Part shown: in pieces, positions 52,901-64,000 of the stretch | Layout of the letters: each line of letters opens with the position of its first letter | How positions within the stretch are numbered: position 1 is the stretch's first letter | Assembly: GCA_904063045.1 (NCBI GenBank) | Contig: CAJFCJ010000010.1 | Coordinates: forward strand, 806,001-870,000 | Direction: 5' to 3' | Source of the DNA: Dimorphilus gyrociliatus | Lineage: Eukaryota > Animalia > Annelida | Length of the DNA: 64,000 bases | Notes under the pieces: model-generated | Databases searched by the model: none | What the model saw: the letters and a program-made list of their open reading frames with translations, nothing else | Told to the model about the DNA's origin: nothing | Position numbers and translations under genes: made by a program

Positions 52901-55900
52901 TATCGTATACATTAGGAGATACAATTTAGACACGTGATTTATTTTGCGCCATCTATCCAAAGCAATCAATAGCTCGCAAAAGATCGATGAAAATCGTATC
53001 CGAACGGCCATATTGCAGAAATTATTCAGGCAGCAATTAAGACTAGAAAAAATAACAACAACCAATAAACTTGTGTATATTTAAAAAATATGACCGATGT
53101 AGTAAAAAGTTGGCCAGAGTAAATGGATTATTCTGACATCCGAGGTTCACCTTTAACAATTGACAAACTCTATTCTTCAGTAAATTCCGAAAAATTTGCC
53201 AATTGGAATGGAATTTTTACAGATTTGTTTGATAACGGTTCGTGTTATATTTATATATTTATTATTTAATTGTATTTATTTAACAACTAAAATATCTTAC
53301 AAGAAGAAAGGGTGTATTTGTAAATAGAAGACAATAAACTTGCATTAAAAAGTACTACAAGAGCAAAGCAAGCGCGTAATAATATATAAATATATATTTC
53401 AGTACACAACGGTCAACGGTATATCATCTTTATACTGTTGGCTAATACAAGTATCTCTACTCTATATATAAATATATATATATATATATAGTTTAACAAC
53501 ATTCTTTTTACTATTACACCATTGGAACTCTGAGATCAATTAACGATTATCGCAATTATTCACTGAATTGAATAGTGTGTGTTAATCTCCGCTTGTTCTC
53601 ATTAAAAGCACCGAAAATGTTAAATAAACTCAGAATTGAAAAAACGCTGTTCATACAGAAAACAGAAATTTAAGAAGTTCGTGTAAATTTATTTAGCGTA
53701 CTTTTTCTCTTTAGTTGTATGTAAGGTCTGGGAAAATAGGCCAGAAAAGAATCGTTTCTAATTTACATAATTTTGCATATTTAATTAAGGGAATAAGGTA
53801 TTCTTGTTTGACCGCTCTCTAATTAGAAAAGACACCTTCTTTTATTAAAATGATTACTATACATACATGATTTATTCGCATTCGGTTCTGTAACATGCAT
53901 TTTACCGACCAAGAAATTGATTAATAGGCTAAATTTAAGCCTCTTATAGTTTCGAGTTTACATTCAAGAAAGCGAAATGTAACGGCACCTTAGGGTCGTT
54001 AATGATAAACCTCAAGCGGAGGGATGCATTGCCACGTGATAATATTTTTGTAAGCAAGTACTAATCATCTAGAAATTAATTAGGTGGACAGGTGTCTTCT
54101 TTCTAAAAGAGTCCCTTCGGGACGAAATTACTGCGAGCGACCCCTGGTGTGCGAGCGGACGAAATCATACGGTCGAACGACGTCGTTCAATAATTGCAGG
54201 CCTAAAGTGCTGTTATTCTCAGTTCTCATTGATTATAATTGTTAATTTTATGACGCCAGACGGCGCCTGTAACCAAAAAAATTAAAATTGTTGACGAGTA
54301 TATTAAAAGATGAGAAATGAAAGACTTGACAAAGAAATTGAATGAGATATAACCAGGAATGCAGACTCGGTAATCTGTATGAATCGAGGTTAATTTATTC
54401 TCTATCTAAAGTGCAATTACTCGAAACTTTTAATTGAAATTACTATTTCATATTTTGTGTAATATTAATTAATAATCGTTTATTGAACAATTTAAGCCGA
54501 TTTTGATTATAAAATGATAATCGACCGACAGTAAAAATGTCAAATATTTAGTGGTCTATTTATTAGGATTATCCATTATATAATCTCTATAAAAACTCTA
54601 CTGATTACTTACAAGACCAATAAGAAGCAAAGTAAATCATTAAAAAAAACTTAAGCAAGATATTTACGCTAAAATGTTTACTTTATTCTCTATTTTGTCA
54701 CTCTCGTTCAAGCTTTTCTATTTTTCTTGAATACTTTTTTCTACTATAAATGAAAAACATACTTAAGATAGACTATAGCCGTTGAAAATTGTAATTGATG
54801 TTTTTTGACCATTACTTCTATTGTTAAAGAAAGAGAAAAGCTTAAGAAGTGCATGATCGATGAGCCGGCATGAGAAAAGCCAAATAATTTTAACATACCA
54901 AAATAAGCCCAGTTCAATTTAAAAGTCGTTAGATCAGAATGATAATAGAATTATATATAAATATATACTCATTTTCTAAATTCTCTTTTTTCTATTAAAA
55001 AAAAGAAGAGAGAAGCGTCTGGAAACTGTCAAACCTAACAATTTTTTGGCCTATTTTCTCCCCCCGCCGGCTATAGAAACATATTAATATAGCAATAAAT
55101 TTACCAAAAAGTCAAAAGTCAATTAAAGTGAAAAGTATCGATTTGATTTAATGTTTTTATCAGCTCTCATTTATATATATATATTTAAAACTATATACGG
55201 GTTGTTTATTAACTTGAGTACTTAAAAATTGAAATATTTCCATCAATACACGTCTAGTCTTTCTTCTTAACGCCTTGTTTACATTCAATTCTTGAAAGTA
55301 GACACTGACGTAGCCTGGTTCCCTCAACACCTCTCTTGAACAACAAAATAGCATAAATTTCTTTCTATTTCTATAACAAACAGTATAGAAGAGAAAGAAA
55401 GGGAGAAAGACAGAGAACTGGAGAGGAGAGGGAGGTGATAAAGAGAAAATGTCACTAAAGAAAAGCTAGAAAAGAATTAGGCCCAATTCAACACTTTATT
55501 TTTTTGACAAATAGAAAAAAAGAACCCGCTATTTACAAAATATTTTTAATACTTCTTATTTTTTTCTACTATTTAATAAACCTCGTTAAAAAATTTTCTT
55601 CTAGGCCTATTCAGAAAAGTAAATAGCAAAAGGGTGCGACTGAAGAGAGTGTAAGAGTGGAAAAAAAGAGAAATTTTTTTAACTTCCAATTTAAACTTTA
55701 TATAAATATATCAATCTATATAGACCATATACTGTCTATACTGTATATATATGAATAAAGGAAAATGACAAGAGAAGTAAAAAAATGGTTTACTTAATGT
55801 ATTTGAATATTTCTCTTTGATAGGAAAATTCATATACTCTCTTCGTTCGTTTTTTTTTGTCTTCTTTGCTTAAGAATGAAATAAATTGTTCTTCTTTTTT

Positions 55901-57358
55901 CTTCACTTTTTATGTAATAAGCAACATTTATTGGCTATCACATGTATTGTAATTATAGATCTCGCTTATTTAAATATATTCTATATTAAATATTAAAGAA
56001 TTCAATGGATTCTGTAAGCTTTAGAAATTAAACACCAATTTTTTTCTAATTAGTTGTTTCTATTCTCATTTACAGAAAAAGAATGCAAAGGAGCGGACTC
56101 CAGTTCGGGAATAGCTTCGGCTTCGAGTCCTGATGAAGCTGTTACTGAAAGACCGAGTAGATGGCGCCATCAAACGTCTGACGTCGTACGAAATTATGTT
56201 GCATCTCAATTATACTGTTCACCTGTTTATCATTTGCCCGATTTTCTGCTTGTAAAGATATTTTCATATCTCGATGCTCATGAGATAAGTAAATGCGCCT
56301 CTGTCTCTAGAGCTTGGTACTCAGCAGCCTGGGATCCGTCTTTATGGCGTCATATTTCCTTAAAACATAATGATATTGATGCAGATTACGCAATTAAAGC
56401 TCTCACAAAAAGACTGTCGTATGACACACCAACAATTTGTGTTAGTGTGGAATCTCTAGATTTAAGCAACACCAGATTATCTGACAATGGCTTAAGGATT
56501 ATTGGTAGAAGATGTCCTGAGCTAAGGTCGCTAGTCATTCGTAAATGTTCGGCTGTAACCAATGTTGGAATTTGTGAAATTGTATCTCGTTGTGTCAACC
56601 TTAATCAATTAGACGCTTCAGGTTGTCCGAATGTCTCTTGCCTTTGTCTATCTCCTTCCGCGTCGGCCCATCTGCCAGCTCACGCTAAAAGAGTTTATGT
56701 TCGAAATTTAGATTTAAGTGAGTGCTCGGCCCTGGAAGACACAGGACTGCATTTAATCGCTTCATACTGCAATCAATTACAGTATGTCTATCTAAGAAAA
56801 TGTATTAGAATAACAGACATTGGACTTCAATATCTTGCTTCATTATGTTCCAACATTAAGGAATTATCCGTCAGTGATTGTCCCTCTATTGGCGATGCGG
56901 GAATTTGTCAAACTGCTGAGAGACTACAATCAAGCCTAAGATATTTGTCAATAGCAAAATGTGAGAATATAACGGACACTAGCCTTATTTCATTAGCAAA
57001 ATACTGCAAAAGACTCAGGTATTTAAATGCACGATCGTGCGCAATAACGGACCGGGGATTATCGGTGCTCTGTAGGTCTTTGGGACCGAGATTAAAATCA
57101 CTGGACGTTGGAAAAACCGCCGTAAGCGATCTTGGCGTTTGTTGCTTGGCCGAAAATTGCACACAAGTCAGGAAACTAAGCCTAAAATCTTCAAAAACCG
57201 TTACGGATCAAGGGATAGTCTCCTTGGCGAAGACATGCGTATACCTACATCATTTAAATATACATGATTGCCATCTATTGACATGGAGATCATATCGTGC
57301 TATAAAAAGATCTTGTAAGCGATGTGTTATTGAACATTCAAATCCAACTTTTTTCTGA
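46909..57358 (+). CDS. FBXL7: F-box/LRR-repeat protein 7 orthologue, about 522 aa, three coding exons
   Basis: The large exon 56076-57358 has an F-box (LPDFLLVKIFSYL...WDPSLW), LRRs and the FBXL7-typical TRRLSYDTPTICV and C-terminal CKRCVIEHSNPTFF. Upstream exons 46909-47110 (ATG, donor G|GTGAGT) and 50303-50386 (acceptor TTTTTCAG, donor G|GTGAGT) are phase-1 compatible but rest on splice signals only. Confidence 0.9.
52087..52096. promoter_or_regulatory. Perfect palindromic CLEAR/E-box GTCACGTGAC (TFEB/MITF/USF-type site)
   Basis: Exact 10-bp palindrome in FBXL7 intron 2. A related M-box GTCACATGAC lies at 48721-48730. Confidence 0.35.
52892..52958 (-). promoter_or_regulatory. Pair of same-orientation CTCF-like motifs (TAGATGGCGAC, TAGATGGCGC) in FBXL7 intron 2
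   Basis: CGCCATCTA occurs at 52894 and 52947 on the + strand. Motif match only. Confidence 0.4.
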
Positions 57359-60300
57359 ATATTTGTTTAAAAATTTTTATTTTTTTCTGACAGAAATACA
57401 ATTGTACAGATTCTTTATTCAATCTACAACATATTTTCCTTCTTTTCACCTTTACTTCTATATTTATTTATATATTTATATACATATTTTATAGCAGTAT
57501 ATACTTTCATATACGCCATTTCCTCTTCCTATATATTCAATGCTTCACTTTGAGTGTTTAGAATGAAAACATTTCGGTGGAAATATACCGGAAGAATAGT
57601 AGAAAAGAAAAAAATACTAGAAGAAAAAATATCCCCCCGCAGATCAATTTGAATTCAGAAATATTCGGCTTGTAAGTCGATATTCTATGATTCAAGTATG
57701 AAATGTAATGTTAGATCTATTGGTCATCTTGCTCAATCGTTCAAACGCTATCACCTTTCATGTTCATTCTTTCTGACGATATTTTCTTTATGTCAAAAGA
57801 GGAAAATTAATACAAAATGCATGCCATACGTCTCTTTTTATAACTGTACTCATTTTATAATGAGTGAAACGAAACGGCTCGCTCACTAACTCTACAGTTC
57901 AACAGTTCAATTAAAAATATAATACTTATCCGCAAGATGTCGCTGTCATACGACAATTGTTCTTTTAACTTATTCTACCTATTATCAAAAACGTAAACTA
58001 CAAGAAAAAAGAAAGAGGCTTTGAAGCATAACTCTAGTACAAAGCTACGAATAGTGTTCATAGTGAAAATTAAACTTATAAACAGAAATTTAACATTAAA
58101 TAATGTATCGTGTTATTTACTGAGCAAAAAATTTATCAATTTCATGGCTACTTCTTAATTAAAATTGTATAGTTCAAATTCAGAAGAGCAGACATCAAAT
58201 TTTAAAATGTAATACAACAAAAAATAAGCGAACATGTTTAACTTTCATCTATAAAAAGTTGACTATGTTGGTTTTTCTACTAAAATATGAACTGTTGCTA
58301 TATATACAGTAAATATATATATATATATATATATATGATTCAATAATTATTGATTCATTTGTAATTGAAAGCCAATAGAGAAAAGAAAACTATTAAAAGA
58401 CTAATAATTGAATAGAATAATTGAGATTATACAAGTTTTTAAGTATACGGTAGTTTTTTGTCTGTCTATATATATTTCCGTTAGATATGTTTAAGGTATA
58501 TAAACTTTACAAAGAAATATAAAAATCATGCCCTGGGCGTCACCTTTTCTATTTATACTTCTTGTGGAAAAGGTTAGCTAAACTATACCCTTTTCAATTA
58601 AAACTTTAAACAACCTGCTAAGAACGTAAATAATAATTTTTCCATTTATTGTCTTATTCTTGTTTTCCTTTGACTTTCAAAATTAAAAGTATAAATCGAA
58701 TAAAAGCCAAACCAATCTATGTCTAAAGTAAAGTAATGAATCGATTGTCAAATTTTAGTTTCTTAACTTTTTATTGAGAAATTAGCAAAAAGCTTTGAGA
58801 AGACAGTGAAATTTTAAACTTAATGTTTTAAGACTTCAACTAATTGATAATGATGTTAGATTTGAAAGAATAGAATATATCAATATAATTTTCTTCTAAC
58901 GCTAAACGATAATTAAAGTAAATTTTTGGGCAAACAGTAGAGCGAATACAGTAATTTTTTCTGTCAATCTCCTCTTTCTTTCTTTCTCTTTCTTTTTTCC
59001 CTCTCCCTCTCTTTCATATTTTATCAAAAGAATATCTTTCTTGTTAATAACGTAATATTAACAGTAAATAAAATTCACATTATTTGAGAGATTATTCATG
59101 AAAGACTCCTTTGTCATAGCAACCCATAATTAATAGGTAAAGAATGCGTCAGACTTTTTAAAAAGAAAAATAGTTCCACTTTTTCAGAAATCAAACCCAC
59201 AATACAGAACACACGCCCTGCCCTTACCTTTCTCAAAATATTAATCAAATTCCTCCCATTAAGTTTATAGGGATTATCCCATACTCTTTATTCCTTAATT
59301 AATCTTTTACTTAAAACAACTACTTTATAGTGAAGAGATCTCCTGCGGCTAATCGACAAAAAATTAACATCTTTAACAACGTTGGTCAACGGTAGAAGTT
59401 GCTATATACCTTTTTAGTAGTTTGTAACTGATCAGTAAAGTGTGACGCAGTACAAGAAATAGTATTTTTAAACAAAAGAGAAAACGGGTTAAAAATAAAT
59501 AATCAAACGTCTTAAAATGCTAATTTTGCTATTTATTCAAATAATTTGTATAATAAGAGCATTTTCTTTTAAATCTTTATTAATTATTGTTTCTGGGCTG
59601 TTTTTAGAAAGATTAAGAAAAATCAACATTTAAGTACTAAAGTAAGAGATGAGATTTATTCATAAGGGTTCTTTTATTGTTAAGTAACAAACACAAAATT
59701 CTCATATTCTTCAATTTATTTAATTGCGTAAATAAATGAAATTGTCTTGTAAATTACACAATTTACTGAATTTCGTAGCTTATATGTAATGCTGCATAAA
59801 CAAAGTAATACCGACAAATAGCTGATCGCTGGTGACATCTGTTGGATATTTGATAAACTAAGGAAAATCGAAAGATGTACTTTATAAATTCTGCTAAAAG
59901 AAGAAAAGAAGAAAGAGGAGTAAACTGAATGAGCAAATAGTATACATAGAATAATTAAAGAGAAAATTCAATGTTAAGAGACTAAAGTGGAATAAGAACA
60001 TTTTAAGTCTAATTAAATTAAGCAAAATAAATTTAGTCGACCGATATAGTATAGCTTGGCTTGTATATAGTTCTACTAAGTACCTTTTTTTGTCCCCATC
60101 CTTTTTTCTTTAACATAGAACATTAAGTCGCGTCTAGCAAGAATTACTGTCCTAAAAATAAACCTTGTTTGTTATTCCTCCTCAAAGGTTGTTGCCTAAG
60201 GAGATAGCTTAATAAAATTATTTAATAATCATGAATTTTGAAAACGTGTTAATTACTGATTAATTTGCAAGGAATGTTCCATCTATTGTATATAATAAAA

Positions 60301-62158
60301 TAGCTCTGTTCGAATCGGAATAGTTAAAGGCGTAATACAAACACACATTTATTAAGTATAAAAGTATTTCCTGTTTACTTGGTTGAGCAAAGTTTCGTCA
60401 TAAAATTTCATTATATAATTAAAAGTGAACTTTTCAATACGTGTTTACTTAATTTTGCCTCAACTGACATCTTTATCCTATTTTCAGCTCTTTATTTTAA
60501 AAGTGTCCCAGAAATATACCTAATACATGCCTGCTCCTTTTTTCCCTTTTTATCCTTCATTTAATTAATTTATTAACCCTTCGCTTTCTCTCTCTCTCTC
60601 TCTCGCCCTTCCTTCCTTTCCCTTCTCGTTCACTCACTTTTCTTTTGCCATCCCCGTCCTCTTCATAGTTTCCTTTTAATTATTGTTATTAATGAACAGA
60701 AATTGAAACTTAGTTTGTAATTGAATGGGCATAGAAATTTTCATAATAACTGCTCTTATTGAAGATAATATAATCTAAATGCACTGGATCAGAAAATTTC
60801 CCTTCAAACGATATCCACCGGGGTTGATAAAGATTGGATAACTATATTTATAATCAAAATAGAATGTCTTATTATGTTCAATATGTAATAGATAATCTTT
60901 TCAATGGGGAGAAGAAGAGCATTTATGTTGGAGATGGTATATGATAAAGATTAATAAATCAAACTGTCCCTGACAGCTTATTTTACAACTATTCTACTAT
61001 TCTCTATAGCTTGCTCAATATCCAGGTCTGATATTTGCAATTCCTATATTTATTCGAACTCTAAGAGCTCGATTAGCGAATACATTATATGCAAACTGGA
61101 CATTATTAATTATAGGATTGGGTAACGATTTTTTTGCAAACTATAGAAAATACACTAGTCGCGCACACCTGGATTATCTGTATTGTTTAAATTCCTACGA
61201 GTGTTTACCAAATGGTTGTAAAGGTTATATTAGGCCAGCAACAGAAGGTACGTGTTTAAAGTTTTTCTCAAAATGCAGAGTCCAGATGTAGCTAGACTTA
61301 CTCTGTTTCTGTAGAAATTTATATTGAAAGATATCAGGTCATTCCAACCGGTCAATGAACTTTTCGAACATCTTGATTATAAGAAAAAGAAATTTATTCT
61401 GCCATTATATTTTCATTGACAGCTTTTAAAACATTCAGCGCGTCTGTTCATCTTTTTATACTTAGCTTGAATAAATAGTAAATTCAGCTGCAGCTCTCTA
61501 TACATCAATAGTTATTGATGAACTAGAGAAAGAAATGTGCTTCGAAAGCTTTTTCCAGCTATCCCACGTACTTCTTATTTAATAATCTAATAGAATTTTC
61601 TCATCAAACGATCCTAACAATCTAATCTACGTAGAGTCTAGTAATAATCGGCTACAAGCTTATAATAATAGTCCAAATGCAATGGTAACAATTTTCAGCA
61701 TGTGCAACTAATTCAATCGAATCTCCCTGGACCTTTTTTTCTAATAAGCAAACAAATTATTGATTTAATTTGTCTCAAGACCAGCTATTTGATTGCAGTC
61801 GATCAATTTTAAAAAGAGACAGATATATTTCCCTTTTCCAGTTCAATATTTTTGGACTAAAATAATCGATAAAATTGGCATAATATCTTTAAGTATATAG
61901 CATATACTATAATTGTATATAGTAAATATATATAAATATATAAACTAGTGCTAATATATTTATAAGTAATGCTTTTTCTTTTAAATAACTCTATACATAA
62001 AAAATTGTGTTTTTTTTTTAAACAGAATCCTGTTTTTTTGTTGCAAAGAATAATAAAGGAATAAATAATACATTAGAAAAAAATATATAAGGCATTATAT
62101 TACCGTTTTCTTGGCAATCTTTTGTATTATTTACAAAAACCAGGGTAAGATGTAAAGG

Positions 62159-62172
62159 TGCCACCTACTAGC
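62159..62172 (-). promoter_or_regulatory. CTCF-like motif (GCTAGTAGGTGGCA)
   Basis: Matches the AGTAGGTGGC form of the consensus. Motif match only. Confidence 0.35.
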
Positions 62173-64000
62173 AAAATTGTAAATAGACCTAGATTAGGAC
62201 ACTAACATCTGTAAATTTCCAAAGCTTATGTGTGTTATGGATGAGCATAGACGGTAAAGAATTAAGGACTTATTATTGATCTCCCTAGGTTACTTCACTG
62301 CTAATTTATTATGAAATCGGATCTTTTATTACATTTAAAGCATCTTTTATCTTGTATATGAAGTATTTTATAAGAGAACATTCATTTTTCTGTAGTTTTT
62401 ACTTTCAAGTTCTGTTTTTACTGCACCTATTACATATGTGATGATTAATAGGCATTCATTTATCTAACAGAGTTGTAATATATATATATATATATATACT
62501 GTAGATATACAGTACACAAAAATTCTAAAGCTAGTCCTCAATCTATTCCGTATCATTATTAGTAAATTAACAGTTTTATATTGCAGAACTAGACAAAAAA
62601 TATGAAATTTAATAAAACTTCTTTGATTTTGATTTTACATTTTAAGAGTAATATGAGAAAGGAAGTAGAGGATTAGTTCTAAAATTTATATCCCTTAAGG
62701 ATATGCTTACACTGCTCTGTCACAAATACAAAAATTAATAGTGAAAAAGACGAATAAATATTTCTAATGAAAGATATTTGAATTATTTATATATAAAACT
62801 GTTATTAATCTAGATTAAAATATGTAAACTGTATAGGCATTTCTGCATAAATAATTTCAAAAACTTAATCCTCTAAAACTAATAATACTATTTGCCTCTC
62901 TCTCTCTGTCCACCCGCTCCCCCCCCCCGTAACCTTCTTCCACCCCCCCCCCACCTATTATAAATGATCACGGATTTTACCTCTTATTCACCCCCAGCGA
63001 CTCCTAAATCTTTTTAAATTCTAAATCCCACAATTGCAAACTCCTTTAAGGCAGTTTAATGAGACTTTTCAAAATGTTTGAATTAGAGAATATGGGATTA
63101 TTGTTTTTCTCGATTCTCCATAGGGCTGTTTGTTTATTACACGAATTCGACTGATTGTAGAAAAAAGGCTTTGTGTAGAATTATGTTTATTTATTATACA
63201 TGGTTTATGTTGTCATGTATTCTCTATGTTCAAATTCCTTCCACACTTCGTTTTATTATGAATATTGTCATAGCAAATAACAATAAAGATTTTTATGGCA
63301 AGATTGAATCAATTTTAGGAAACTACGTCGGTTTTTTATTTACTGTTCATCAAAGAGCAATTTGAACATTTGATTCCCTTTTTTGTACTATATAATGAAA
63401 GCAATGGGGGTCAGATAAAAAAACAACCATTAAACAATAACAACAACGGTGGCATATTCACTAGTGTATTTTACATATTGTAAAAGTATATACACACAAT
63501 AAATATAAAAATACCAAGAAAACAATTTTTTTAATCTGATGACAAATAAGAATAAGCTGAAATACCATTTGAAAAGTTTTTTTATTAAACTAGTAACCTA
63601 ATATTGTGTTACAAAATAAAGTCAAGTTTTTCCCTAAAATATCTGATTTTCTTTATCCATGTAAACAAAAGTGAAATTCAAAGTGCTATTCCAGTGAAAA
63701 CAAAACATGAAACATTTTTACAATTATGTTTTGTCTATCCTTTTGATGAATTCTTTATTTTTATTTTTGTTATTATTTTTTTTATATAAATTATCTGCAT
63801 TCTAGGCATTTGACCTATATTTCTCCCTGTTGAACCAATTCCGTATACTAAGTATAGAAAATTGTAAAACAATCTTTATGGTGTTCTAAATAATTATATC
63901 TTTGAACTTTAACTCTTGTAATCCTAGTAGGTTAAATATTTATTCTGTCTCTAGTTCGTAAAGTTTTCCTACTATTTATATATATATATATACAAGTTGC

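Noticed and set aside
43734-57162. Minus-strand ORFs 43734-43931, 56386-56598 and 56908-57162
   Set aside because: Antisense shadows of the peptidase and FBXL7 coding exons.
1-64000. CRISPR arrays, tRNA/rRNA genes, intact transposons with terminal repeats, intact CUGANGA hammerhead cores
   Set aside because: None seen by eye on either strand; tRNAscan, Infernal and RepeatModeler runs would be needed to exclude them fully.

Overview
Very AT-rich (roughly 25-30% GC by eye) animal genomic DNA with short GT-AG introns, mostly 50-200 nt. The pattern suggests a compact-genome invertebrate, probably a lophotrochozoan such as an annelid (inference). There is no sign of prokaryotic operons, CRISPR, rRNA or tRNA. 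Eight complete protein-coding genes were rebuilt by hand with phase-consistent splice sites: a SAM-like-domain protein (9141-10219, -), a melatonin-receptor/Moody-like GPCR with a GC-AG intron (10888-11984, -), a BTB-BACK (BTBD17-like) protein (17981-19668, +), a secreted Vps62/DUF946-like protein absent from the ORF track (21083-22244, +), an intronless peptide-type GPCR (29157-30209, +), a six-exon glutamine-synthetase-fold ligase most like bacterial GlnT/GmaS (38052-39862, -), a ten-exon M28B peptidase of the GCPII/NAALADase family (41136-44400, +) and FBXL7 (46909-57358, +). Also present are a decayed tandem copy of the first GPCR (about 13474-14365), a two-exon 3' fragment of a Cys-rich membrane protein (2833-3258), several CTCF-like motifs and many microsatellites. 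The most interesting item is the intron-bearing GlnT/GmaS-like gamma-glutamyl-amine ligase. It is a candidate domesticated bacterial gene with a remodelled amine site, lying head-to-head with the peptidase. All homology calls come from recalled family motifs; no searches were run.
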